Positions 9,387-17,521 of a stretch of 22,197 nt of DNA are shown in pieces. The stretch's first letter is position 1, and the number at the start of each line of letters is the position of its first letter. Position numbers and translations under genes: made by a program. Below the pieces are notes generated by a model. That model did no database searches and was not told the DNA's origin. It saw only the letters and a program-made list of their open reading frames with translations. Source of the DNA: Candidatus Velthaea sp. (GTDB taxonomy: Bacteria; Vulcanimicrobiota; Vulcanimicrobiia; Vulcanimicrobiales; Vulcanimicrobiaceae); NCBI GenBank assembly GCA_050012475.1, contig JBEKHC010000085.1, positions 1 to 22,197 of the forward strand, given 5' to 3'.

Positions 9387-10361
9387 GTGAGAGCGATCCA
9401 AATCCAACGTCACGGCGGCCCCGACGTGTTGGAACTCGTCGACATCCCGGTTCCCCAGCCGGGCCCCGGCGAGGTTCGCGTCAAGCAGACCGTCGCGGGG
9501 TTGAACTACATCGACGTCTATTTGCGCATGGGCATCTACCAGCGCGAGCTGCCCTTCGTTCTTGGACGCGAGGGTGCGGGGACGGTCGACGCGTTGGGCG
9601 CGGGCGTCACGGAATTCGCGCTGGGCGAGCGGATCGCGTATTTAGATGCGGCGCACCTGGGCGGTTACGCCGAATATGCGGTGGTCGCGGCCGCCGAGGC
9701 GGTGCCGGTGCCCGCCGGTGTCGACGACCGCACCGCGTGCGCCGCGATGCTGCAAGGGTTCACGGCGCAGTATCTCGTTTCCAGTACGTACCCGGTCGCA
9801 TCCGGCGAGACGATCCTCGTCCAGGCCGCGGCGGGCGGTGTCGGGCTGCTCTTGACGCAGCTGGCCAAGCTCGCCGGCGCGACGGTCATCGCCACGGCCG
9901 GCGGCCCGGAAAAAGTCGCCCTCGCGCAAGCTGCCGGCGCCGATCACGTCATCGACTATCGGGCGACCGATTTTGCTCCCGAGGTCGAGCGGCTCACGGC
10001 CGGGCGCGGCGTCGCCGTGGCATACGATTCCGTCGGCCGCGATACGTGGGAACGCAGCCTCGCCCTCTTGGCCAAACGCGGCTATCTGGTGTGCTACGGC
10101 GCTTCGAGCGGACCCGTGCCGCCTATCGATCCGCAACGCTTGTCGGCGGCCGGTTCGATCTACCTCACCCGTCCGACCCTGGGCGACTACAAGCGCACGC
10201 GCGACGAACTGCTGAGCCGCATGAACGAACTCTTCGGGCTCATCGCCGAAGGCAAACTCAACGTTCGCATCGGTGCCACCTATCCGCTGGCCGCCGCTGC
10301 GGACGCGCACCGCGATCTCGAAGCGCGCTTGACCACCGGTAAGGTCCTACTGCTGGTCTAG
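9387..10361 (+). CDS. qor: NADPH:quinone oxidoreductase (zeta-crystallin/MDR family)
   Basis: Start placed at GTG 9387 (MRAIQIQRHGGPDVL). GLNYID.Y.R.G.Y, LG.EGAG, AAAGGVG, YDSVG, YGASSG, GSIYLTRP, TTGKVLL. Confidence 0.92.
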   Translation: MRAIQIQRHGGPDVLELVDIPVPQPGPGEVRVKQTVAGLNYIDVYLRMGIYQRELPFVLGREGAGTVDALGAGVTEFALGERIAYLDAAHLGGYAEYAVVAAAEAVPVPAGVDDRTACAAMLQGFTAQYLVSSTYPVASGETILVQAAAGGVGLLLTQLAKLAGATVIATAGGPEKVALAQAAGADHVIDYRATDFAPEVERLTAGRGVAVAYDSVGRDTWERSLALLAKRGYLVCYGASSGPVPPIDPQRLSAAGSIYLTRPTLGDYKRTRDELLSRMNELFGLIAEGKLNVRIGATYPLAAAADAHRDLEARLTTGKVLLLV

Positions 10362-10457
10362 ATGCTCTGATTTCGTCCTGGTGAGGAACATCGCGGCGAA
10401 GTTTGCTTCAGCAAATGAGCCGCGTAGCGACAATGTCCAGGTCAAGATCAGAGCATC
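10361..10457. repeat. intergenic palindromic (REP/MITE-like) hairpin element, copy 1
   Basis: Terminal inverted repeats GATGCTCTGAT (10361-10371) and ATCAGAGCATC (10447-10457). The 39-nt core at 10393-10431 is identical to 14769-14807. Confidence 0.85.
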
Positions 10458-10467
10458 CCTGAGAGGG

Positions 10468-11871
10468 TTAGTCGTTTGCGGCTAGGAGGTTCGCCGCGTT
10501 GAGATCGAGCCGGTCGGAGCGAATGACGATTGCGTCGGGGTGCGCGGCGCGGATTGCCTCGCCGAAGATGCCGGCGTTGCCGACGAGCACCAGAAACGGA
10601 TCGGCGTCGATGTGCGCTGCGGCGAAGCCTTGTACGTCGGCCGGCGTGACCGCCGCGATGCGCGCCGCGTAGCCGTCGAGATCGGCGAGCGGAACGTCAT
10701 AGAGCGCGAGCTCGCCCAGCGTTCCGGCGATACCGTCGAGCGTTTCGATGCCGCGATAAAACGAACCCAGAACGGTCTCTTTGCGCGGTGCAAGCTCGGC
10801 CGGATCGACCGGCGCTTGGGCCAGGCCAGCGAGCGTCGCGCGCACCACGCCGACGGCTTCGACAACCTTGCTGTGATCGACGAGCGTCGACGCGACAAAC
10901 ATTCCCGGATCGCGGCGCGTCACCAGCTGCGCGCCGGCGCCGTATGAAAGCCCGCGCTTGACGCGAATCTCCTGGTTGAGCCGGCCGGAGTATCCGGACA
11001 GCACCGCCGTCGCGACCGTGCCCGCATAATACTGCGGCGAACTGCGGGCGATCGCCACCGAACCGGCGATGATCGCGGTGCGGCCGGCATCGGGTTTGTC
11101 GATCACGAGGACGCGCGCCACCGGCGGTGCTGCCGGCTGCGAAACGTGAAGTGATAAGGCTTCGGACGGTGCGGTCCAATCGCCGAAGACCTCCTCGACG
11201 AGCTCGAACGCATCCTCGGCGACGATGTCGCCGCCGATGACGAGCACCGCATTATCCGGGCGATACCAGCGGCGGTGAAACGCCGCGATTTTGTCGCGGG
11301 TGAGCGTCGCGAGCGTTTCGGCGGTGCCCGCCAGCGGATGGCCATACGGGGACGCACCGTAGGCGACGCGGCTGGCGACGAGCCGGGCCAGCGAACTCGG
11401 ATTGCTGTACGTAAGCCCGAGGTCGCCGATCGATTTGGTCCGCACGCGTTCGACTTCGGCGGCGGCGAACGCCGGACGTTGCAGATCGCGAAAGATGGCA
11501 AACGCGTCGCGAAACACCGGCGTCGTCGCGCTGACGCTGACGACGGACGCGTCGTAGCCGGAATTGGCGTCGAGCCGGGCGCCCAGCGCGTCGACCTGCT
11601 CGGCGATTTCGAGCGCGGAAGCATGGATCGTGCCGGTCGTCAACAGCGAGGCGGTCAGCGCGCACAAACCAGCCTGGGCGTCCGTCTCACTCGCACCCCC
11701 GCCGCGCACGATCAGCTGCGCGGCGATCAGCGGCACCCCGAGCGCCTTGGGGCCCGAGCGCTGCGCGAAGGCAATCACCCGCAGGCCGTTGGGCAGCGTG
11801 CGTTCGCTGGGCGTGGGCAGCGTGGCGCTGCGCGGAGCGCTCGGAGCGGGCGGCGTCGTACCGGCGATCAT
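10468..11871 (-). CDS. M16B (pitrilysin family) peptidase, non-catalytic partner subunit
   Basis: TLPNGLRV, GL..LTASLL..GT with no HXXEH, WYRPDNAVLVIGGD, RLNQEIRVKRGLSYG. Its start overlaps the upstream gene's stop (ATGA). Confidence 0.9.
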   Translation of the reverse strand: MIAGTTPPAPSAPRSATLPTPSERTLPNGLRVIAFAQRSGPKALGVPLIAAQLIVRGGGASETDAQAGLCALTASLLTTGTIHASALEIAEQVDALGARLDANSGYDASVVSVSATTPVFRDAFAIFRDLQRPAFAAAEVERVRTKSIGDLGLTYSNPSSLARLVASRVAYGASPYGHPLAGTAETLATLTRDKIAAFHRRWYRPDNAVLVIGGDIVAEDAFELVEEVFGDWTAPSEALSLHVSQPAAPPVARVLVIDKPDAGRTAIIAGSVAIARSSPQYYAGTVATAVLSGYSGRLNQEIRVKRGLSYGAGAQLVTRRDPGMFVASTLVDHSKVVEAVGVVRATLAGLAQAPVDPAELAPRKETVLGSFYRGIETLDGIAGTLGELALYDVPLADLDGYAARIAAVTPADVQGFAAAHIDADPFLVLVGNAGIFGEAIRAAHPDAIVIRSDRLDLNAANLLAAND

Positions 11872-13163
11872 TGCGGCAGATATTCGACAACGGTGCGGTT
11901 GTCGGCGTGTAAATACGTTGTCGCGACCCGCTGCACGTCCTCGGCGGTCACCGCCAAATAGCGCACGAGGTCGGTATTCACCGCGCCGGGATCGTTGCGC
12001 TCGATCGCCGCGCGCACGAGCGAAAGCGCGATCCCGTTGTACGTTTGACGGCCGCGCACGAACGAGCTGGCGATCTGAGTTTTTGCGCGCTGCAACTCTT
12101 GCAGACTGACCGGCTCGCCGCGCAGGCGCGCGATCTCCGCATCGAGCGCTTTGCGCGCGTCGGCAACGTCGCTGCCGCGGCTGAGGACGACCGAGAACTC
12201 GAACAAGCCCGGGTGTTCGCGCAAATCGGCTCGCGCGTACGCGCTCGTCGCGAGCTGTTTGCCGTAGACGAGCGAATGGTACAACCGGGAACTCTTGCCT
12301 GCCCCCAAGATGGTCTCGGCCAGATCGAGTGCGGCGCCGTCGGGGGTGTTGGCGGCCGGAATATGATACGCGTAGTCGACGGCGGGCAGCGGAACGTTTG
12401 CGGCTCGATAGTCGATCGTGCGTTCGGCCGTTTGCGGCGGTTCGACGAGCGTGACGCGCGGAACGTTGCCGGCGGGCTTGGGAATCGCTCCGAAGTAACG
12501 CTCGATCCAGTCCTGCGCCTGAGCGGGCTCGAAATCGCCGACCACGACGAGTACCGCATTGTCGGGCCGATAATACGTGGCATGAAACCGCACGACGTCG
12601 TCGAGCGTCGCGGCATTCAGGTTACCGGGATCGCCGATCACGCCGCGCTTGTAGGGATGCACCGTGTACGCTTCGCGGTTGACGAGTTCGTCGAGCATGC
12701 CGTACGGCTCGGCCAGAATGCGCTGATCGTATTCGCCGATCACCACCTCGCGCTCGGTGATGAAATTCGATTGCGTGATGCGCAGCGCAGCCAGGCGATC
12801 CGCCTCCGCCCACAACAGCGTCTCGAGGTGATTTGACGGAACGACCTCGTAGTAGTTCGTGATGTCTTCGGCGGTGAAGGCGTTGTTGTATCCGCCGACG
12901 TCTTCGGTCAGCCGGTCCATCGTCTCGGGCGGCGTGTTCGCCGTCCCCTTGAACATCAAGTGTTCGAAAAGGTGCGCAAAACCCGACCGGCCCGGCGGAT
13001 CATCTTTCCCGCCGACGCGATAGCCGACATTGATCGCCACCGACGGCACACGATGATCCTCGACGAGCAGCACGCGTAACCCGTTCGCCAGCGTGCGGTC
13101 GGTATAATCGACGGGCGCGAGCGCAATCGATGCGCGCGCCGGGGACGGAACGGTTCGGGTCAT
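11868..13163 (-). CDS. M16B zinc peptidase, catalytic subunit
   Basis: TLANGLRV, G+SGFAHLFEHLMFKGT (inverted HXXEH), NAFT..D.T.Y, WAEADRL, YYRPDNA. Start placed at ATG 13163 rather than the ORF-track start. Confidence 0.92.
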   Translation of the reverse strand: MTRTVPSPARASIALAPVDYTDRTLANGLRVLLVEDHRVPSVAINVGYRVGGKDDPPGRSGFAHLFEHLMFKGTANTPPETMDRLTEDVGGYNNAFTAEDITNYYEVVPSNHLETLLWAEADRLAALRITQSNFITEREVVIGEYDQRILAEPYGMLDELVNREAYTVHPYKRGVIGDPGNLNAATLDDVVRFHATYYRPDNAVLVVVGDFEPAQAQDWIERYFGAIPKPAGNVPRVTLVEPPQTAERTIDYRAANVPLPAVDYAYHIPAANTPDGAALDLAETILGAGKSSRLYHSLVYGKQLATSAYARADLREHPGLFEFSVVLSRGSDVADARKALDAEIARLRGEPVSLQELQRAKTQIASSFVRGRQTYNGIALSLVRAAIERNDPGAVNTDLVRYLAVTAEDVQRVATTYLHADNRTVVEYLPQ

Positions 13164-13198
13164 TTCCACGCAATCAAAAAACGCAACGAGGGTGCTCC

Positions 13199-13661
13199 TT
13201 ACTCGATTGCGCTCGAGCCGGTCGATATCTTTCCGGTTCGCGGTCCGAAGTCGAAGCCGACGCTCGCCATCAACCGACCCCTCGGTGTCGGCTGCGCGGC
13301 GGTCGCGACGGGCAATTCGAGCAAAGCTCGTCGCTCGAAGCGAAGATTCTTTGAAACGTGACAATTCGTTTCATCAAACGCCGACGTGTTTGCGCTTATA
13401 CTCGTCGTGCAATCCGTTGCGTGCCTGCATTGCTCCGTTTTAACATCGGCCGGCACCGGCGTAAATTCGATAAACCAAAGGTTGCCGGCGGAGAATTTTG
13501 TCACGTCCGCCGGCGTAATCTGCCGTCGGGGCGAGCGTGATGCGTCGGAGATCCGCTGCCCCGCCGTTGGCAACTCCGTTGCGCGGCAGTGCGAGCGTGA
13601 TTCGTCTTCGATTTCGTTCGGCGAACCAGCGGTTGCCAGGCGGACTGGCGATGCTGGTCAT
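13199..13661 (-). pseudogene. decayed remnant of a virginiamycin B lyase (Vgb)-like beta-propeller repeat gene
   Basis: TAAGGAG RBS upstream of ATG 13661. Fragments across frames (SIASPPGNRWFAE, LPTAG/SGSP, ITL/PDG, ITPADVTKFSAGNLWFIEF) resemble the Vgb repeat ITxGPDGNLWFTE…RITPxG. Confidence 0.45.
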
Positions 13662-13676
13662 CCCGGTTGCTCCTTA

Positions 13677-13706
13677 TATGATCTGGTTGGCTATGATCTG
13701 GTTGGC
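13677..13706. repeat. perfect 15-nt tandem duplication
   Basis: TATGATCTGGTTGGC occurs twice (13677-13691 and 13692-13706). Confidence 0.9.
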
Positions 13707-13788
13707 GCGCACTTCGGGAGGTACGGGTTGCCGTCCGGGACCCGCTGCGATGTCGAACGGTCCGGCCGGCGGCGTGGCGCGGCTGACC

Positions 13789-13820
13789 TAGACATCGAAC
13801 ATACGTTCGAGTTATACTAT
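13789..13820 (+). promoter_or_regulatory. sigma70-type promoter with a LexA (SOS) box upstream of imuA
   Basis: TAGACA (13789-13794), then TCGAACATACGTTCGA (13795-13810), then TATACT (13813-13818) or TACTAT (13815-13820). ATG at 13827 has no SD sequence. Confidence 0.85.
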
Positions 13821-13826
13821 GCTCCC

Positions 13827-14597
13827 ATGACCTTGCCTTCCGCGTTTACCGAACTCCGCGAGCGGTTCGATCAGCGCTTTCGCGATACGTCGCAGGCCGC
13901 GTTCACGCTGGCCGACGAGGCGGTCTTGCGGACCGGAATGCTCGAATTCGACCGCATTTTGGGCGGCGGGCTGCCGCGCGGGACGATTGCGACGCTCGAA
14001 GGGGCGCCGAGCTCGGGCCGGCTGGCGATTGCGGCCCGGCTGCTGGCCGTCGCGACCTCGGCCGGCCTGGGTGCAGTCGTCGGCACCCCGACGTTCCCAC
14101 CGGCCCTGTCGGCCGCCGGGGTTCGGCTCGAGCGGCTCCTGATCGTCTCCACGTCGGAACCCGTCGGCGCGGCTCGCGCCGCCGACATCCTTTTACGCTC
14201 CGGAGCCTTTTCCGTCGTTGTGATCCCGGCATTGCCCAGCGGTCGTGGAACGGGCTCGGCGACCTGGACGCGGCTGGCGAGTTTGGCCCATCGCGCGAAT
14301 GCCGTCCTGATTGCGGTGGGATTTCAAGCATCGAGCGAACTGCGGTACTTCGCCTCGGTGCGGCTCGAAACGGCAATCGAGCGGGTGCGCTGGAACGGGC
14401 CGCCCGGACACTTCGGAACCCTCGCCGGTTACGACGTGCGCGCGACGGTGCGCAAGCACAAACGCGCCGTGCCGGGCGCCAGCGCGCTCATCACCTGCAC
14501 GACATTCGAGGCTCACGCTCCGCTCGTTGCGCTGCGCGAACACCTGCTTGCGACAGCATCCGCGCCGGCGCGCACGCGCGCGTCGACCGCCGTATAA
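13827..14597 (+). CDS. imuA: ImuA-like RecA-family accessory protein of SOS mutagenesis
   Basis: TG..EFDRILGGGLPRG, degenerate Walker A (GAPSSGRL), AGV.LERLLIV, AADILLRSGAF..VV. It follows an SOS box and precedes imuB. Start re-placed from 13386 to 13827. Confidence 0.82.
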   Translation: MTLPSAFTELRERFDQRFRDTSQAAFTLADEAVLRTGMLEFDRILGGGLPRGTIATLEGAPSSGRLAIAARLLAVATSAGLGAVVGTPTFPPALSAAGVRLERLLIVSTSEPVGAARAADILLRSGAFSVVVIPALPSGRGTGSATWTRLASLAHRANAVLIAVGFQASSELRYFASVRLETAIERVRWNGPPGHFGTLAGYDVRATVRKHKRAVPGASALITCTTFEAHAPLVALREHLLATASAPARTRASTAV

Positions 14598-14598
14598 C

Positions 14599-14626
14599 GA
14601 CCCGTCGAGCCAAGGCCCGACGGGTC
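14599..14626 (+). terminator. GC-rich hairpin immediately after the imuA stop (possible terminator, no U-tract)
   Basis: GACCCGTCG (14599-14607) pairs with CGACGGGTC (14618-14626). Confidence 0.4.
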
Positions 14627-14645
14627 ATTGCAGCGGCCAAAACTC

Positions 14646-14838
14646 AGGGATCGTCTGGTTTCGTCCTGGCGAGGAGCCTAGCGGCGAAGTTTGCTTTCAG
14701 CAAATGAGCCGCGTAGCGACGAAGTCCCGGCGAAGGGATCGTCTGGTTTCGTCCTGGCGAGGAGCCTAGCGGCGAAGTTTGCTTCAGCAAATGAGCCGCG
14801 TAGCGACGAAGTCCAGGGCGAAACCAGACGATCCCTTC
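14646..14838. repeat. tandem pair of the palindromic hairpin element (copy 2 lacks its right arm; copy 3 is complete)
   Basis: 88-nt period (14647 vs 14735). Copy 3 has a perfect 20-bp inverted repeat, GAAGGGATCGTCTGGTTTCG (14732-14751) and CGAAACCAGACGATCCCTTC (14819-14838). Confidence 0.9.
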
Positions 14839-15326
14839 AGATGAGTCCGATGAATTTGCTGGTAATTCGACCGCTTGCCGATTCCGGGCGATCGAGCAAT
14901 TCGGTCGCGAACCGGATGAGCGATCGGAATTTCGACGTGATCGATTTCATTCGCGATGCCTCCAGAACAGACGAGACGCGACCAAAATCCGCATCTCGTC
15001 CAGCTATTATATAGCAACTGCTGCTAACGTCAATTGTATCGCCGAACTCTTGATACATTCAAGCCAAATCTTATAGAACGAGGAGTGGAAGACTTGTCTA
15101 GTGAGGTTGAGCCGACCATCGCCGTTTCGAAGCCAAACCAGACCCTTGGCCTGCCTGCCTAGGACAAAAGACTTGTTTAGACGAGCTTCGATCGCCCTCG
15201 GACGGCATCAATAGTTATCAAATCATTATGAAAGACGGCCGATCCGGACCAATGGTTTAATCTGCCTGGAATGTTTACAAAAGCGGCGCTGGGGCCGGGC
15301 TTGAAACGGCGCGGGCGACAATTCGC

Positions 15327-15355
15327 TTGCAAGCGAACATGTGTTCGATTATAAT
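15327..15355 (+). promoter_or_regulatory. sigma70-type promoter with a LexA (SOS) box upstream of imuB
   Basis: TTGCAA (15327-15332), a 17-nt spacer containing CGAACATGTGTTCG (15334-15347), then TATAAT (15350-15355). ATG follows 8 nt later with no SD sequence. Confidence 0.9.
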
Positions 15356-15363
15356 GGGCTCCC

Positions 15364-16854
15364 ATGCCCATCATCTGCGTTCTGGCTCCGGCTTTTCGAC
15401 TGCACGTCGCCCGCTTGAGCGATCCGGACGTGCCGACGGCCGGCCCGGTCCTCGTCGCCGATAAACCCGAGCGCGGCCGCGTCATCGAGTGCTCCGCTGC
15501 CGCCTCGGCTCTGGGCGTCCGGCCGGGGATGACGCTCGTTCAAGCCCAAGCCGCCGCTCGGGATGCCCGCGTCGTCATCGACGACCCGCGGCACGACGCC
15601 GGCATCTGGCAGGCGATGCTCGAGGCGCTCGACGCAGCTTCGCCGCTGATCGATGATGCCGGCTTGGGCTGCGCGTATCTGGAGATGCACGGGATCGAGG
15701 GCGGCACGGCCGGCTGGCTGGCCGCCGTTCGCGGGGCGCTGAGCGGCTTCGATTTGCCGCTGCGCTTGGGTCTCGCCGCCAATCCGTTCGTGGCGCGCGC
15801 CGCGGCGCTCGTTGGCGATGGAACCAGTCTCGACGACGGCATGGCGGCGGATTTTCTGGCACCGCTGCCGCTCGAAACGCTCGAGCTCGACACCGCCACA
15901 ATCGAACGGCTCGCGATCTTGGGCATCCGCACGCTGGGCGAACTCGCCGCGCTGCCGCACGGTCCGTTCGTGCGGCGGTTCGGGCCGGAGGGTGCGGTTT
16001 GGCACGACCGTGCCCGCGGGATCGATCCGCGTCCGCTGCGCCCGCGCGCCCGCGCCATGCGCATCGACCGCACCCTTTATGGCGAAGGCAGCGCGTCGAG
16101 CGAAGATCAGGTGCTCTTCGCGTTGCGCACGCTCGTGGGCCGAGTGGTCGACGACTTGGAAGTCGCGGGCAAACGCTGCGGCGCGCTCGTGCTGGGGTTG
16201 GAGTGCGAAGACGGCGACGTCCATGAGATCACGACCCGCGTCGCCCAGCCGACCGCGCAGCCAACCACGCTCTTCGAATTATTGCGGGCGCGCTTGGAAG
16301 GTGTCGTGCTCCGTTCGGCCGTCGTCGGCTTGCGGCTTGCGGCTGGGCACTTGGAAAACGGCGGCGTTCAAATCGCGTTGTTTGCCGCGGGCGATCCCGA
16401 CCCCGACGCGCTGGGCATCGCCATCGCGCGGCTCGACGCGGCGCTGGGCGAAGATCACGCGTTGCGAGCGCGGGTGGTCGAGGGTCCACGCATCGAATCG
16501 CGCTATGCCCTCGAACCCTTTACGCTCGACACCCCGGCGAACACCGCCTGGTCCGCCGGTGACGCGTCCGTTTCGGCTCTACCGGGGACGGCCGCCGTCC
16601 AATTGCGCCTGATCGATTCGACTCCCGTCGATGTGCTGCTGCGCGCCGGAATGCCGCGCTTCATCGGTTCGCCGCCGCAAGCGATCATCGACGTCGCCGG
16701 ACCCTGGCGCGTCGATGAAAGCTGGTGGACACCGGCCACCGGCGGCGGCACACCGCTGATGCGCGATGAATACGACGTGCTGCTCGAAGACGGGGCGCTC
16801 GTGCGCCTCGTCCGCGAAGGCGAACGCTGGAGCGTGCGCGGGATGTACGACTGA
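15364..16854 (+). CDS. imuB: ImuB, catalytically inactive Y-family DNA polymerase homolog
   Basis: S..A.ALGVRPGMTL.QAQA, FLAPLPL..L, L..LGIRTLGELAALP…RFG, ARG.D, a clamp-motif-like QIALF, and a C-terminal GPW.V…WW…G.YD domain. It lacks the N-terminal catalytic D-M-D-x-F motif. Confidence 0.9.
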   Translation: MPIICVLAPAFRLHVARLSDPDVPTAGPVLVADKPERGRVIECSAAASALGVRPGMTLVQAQAAARDARVVIDDPRHDAGIWQAMLEALDAASPLIDDAGLGCAYLEMHGIEGGTAGWLAAVRGALSGFDLPLRLGLAANPFVARAAALVGDGTSLDDGMAADFLAPLPLETLELDTATIERLAILGIRTLGELAALPHGPFVRRFGPEGAVWHDRARGIDPRPLRPRARAMRIDRTLYGEGSASSEDQVLFALRTLVGRVVDDLEVAGKRCGALVLGLECEDGDVHEITTRVAQPTAQPTTLFELLRARLEGVVLRSAVVGLRLAAGHLENGGVQIALFAAGDPDPDALGIAIARLDAALGEDHALRARVVEGPRIESRYALEPFTLDTPANTAWSAGDASVSALPGTAAVQLRLIDSTPVDVLLRAGMPRFIGSPPQAIIDVAGPWRVDESWWTPATGGGTPLMRDEYDVLLEDGALVRLVREGERWSVRGMYD

Positions 16855-16887
16855 GGATTCGGGGCTTAACTGAGGATTCGGGGCTTA
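16850..16887. repeat. perfect 19-nt tandem duplication spanning the imuB/carbonic anhydrase stop-codon junction
   Basis: ACTGAGGATTCGGGGCTTA occurs at 16850-16868 and 16869-16887. Confidence 0.9.
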
Positions 16888-17415
16888 GACGAAGTCTGAG
16901 CCCCGCACCTCGTTGAGGCGCCCAGTGGCGACGTCGAAGATGAACCCGCTCACGCGGTCGCGATGCAGCAGGTGTGGATCGGCTTTGATGCGCGCGATGC
17001 CGGCCCGCACGTCGGTGGCCAGATCGTCGAACGCATTGAGCGCATAGGGCGGTTTGAATCCCGTCTCGGCGGCGATTTGCGCGCGCAGCGCGTCGTCGGT
17101 AAACGTCAGCATGCCGCAATCGGTATGATGAATCAGGATGATCTCATTGGTGCCCAGCAGCCGCTGCGAGATGACCAGCGAGCGAATCGCGTCGTCGGTG
17201 ACGACACCGCCGGCATTCCGAATGACGTGCGACTCGCCTTCGTGTAAACCCAAAATACGATACACGTCCAAACGCGCATCCATGCACGCCACGATCGCCG
17301 TGTGTTTGGCCGGCGGCAGTGGGAGCGGCCCCCGGAACGTGCGCGCGTAGGCGTCGTTGTTGCGCAGGTATTCGTCGGTGACCGTGGCCGGGGTCGCGAT
17401 ATCCGTAACACTCAT
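16885..17415 (-). CDS. beta-class carbonic anhydrase (short Rv1284/Cab-like, clade D type)
   Basis: Zinc ligands ACMDARL and HHTDCG, plus HVIRNAGG.VT.D.IRSL.ISQ.LLGT.EI and G..FDV.TG.L. ATG 17415 is preceded by GAGGAG. Confidence 0.93.
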   Translation of the reverse strand: MSVTDIATPATVTDEYLRNNDAYARTFRGPLPLPPAKHTAIVACMDARLDVYRILGLHEGESHVIRNAGGVVTDDAIRSLVISQRLLGTNEIILIHHTDCGMLTFTDDALRAQIAAETGFKPPYALNAFDDLATDVRAGIARIKADPHLLHRDRVSGFIFDVATGRLNEVRGSDFV

Positions 17416-17448
17416 CGAAGACACTCCTCAAAAGCAGAACGACAGAGC

Positions 17449-17483
17449 AAAAAAAAGTCCCCCTCACCATCGGCGAGGGGGAC
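17449..17483 (-). terminator. intrinsic terminator (probable attenuator) ~35 nt upstream of the carbonic anhydrase start
   Basis: Minus strand reads GUCCCCCUCGCC-GAU-GGUGAGGGGGAC-UUUUUUUU: a 12-bp stem with one G-U pair that forms only on this strand, followed by 8 U. Confidence 0.9.
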
Positions 17484-17521
17484 GACGCATTCACGAAACG
17501 CTGCGCGAAAAAGCCGCTGCC

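Noticed and set aside
10361..10457. Hammerhead ribozyme reading of the hairpin repeat (CTGA and CGAAA-like words)
   Set aside because: No CUGAnGA core with correctly placed stems on either strand; the CTGA and GAAA words lie inside the long outer stem.
13164..13364. N-terminal extension of the M16 peptidase
   Set aside because: No family similarity or signal-peptide character; homology begins shortly after ATG 13163.
13386..13826. 147-aa N-terminal extension of ImuA from the ORF track
   Set aside because: It runs through the SOS box and promoter and has no RecA-like features; ATG 13827 fits the promoter.
14646..14838. CRISPR array
   Set aside because: Only two long tandem units, no unique spacers and no cas genes.
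15364..16854. Active DinB/Pol IV polymerase
   Set aside because: The catalytic acidic motifs are absent, and the C-terminal domain and imuA context indicate ImuB.
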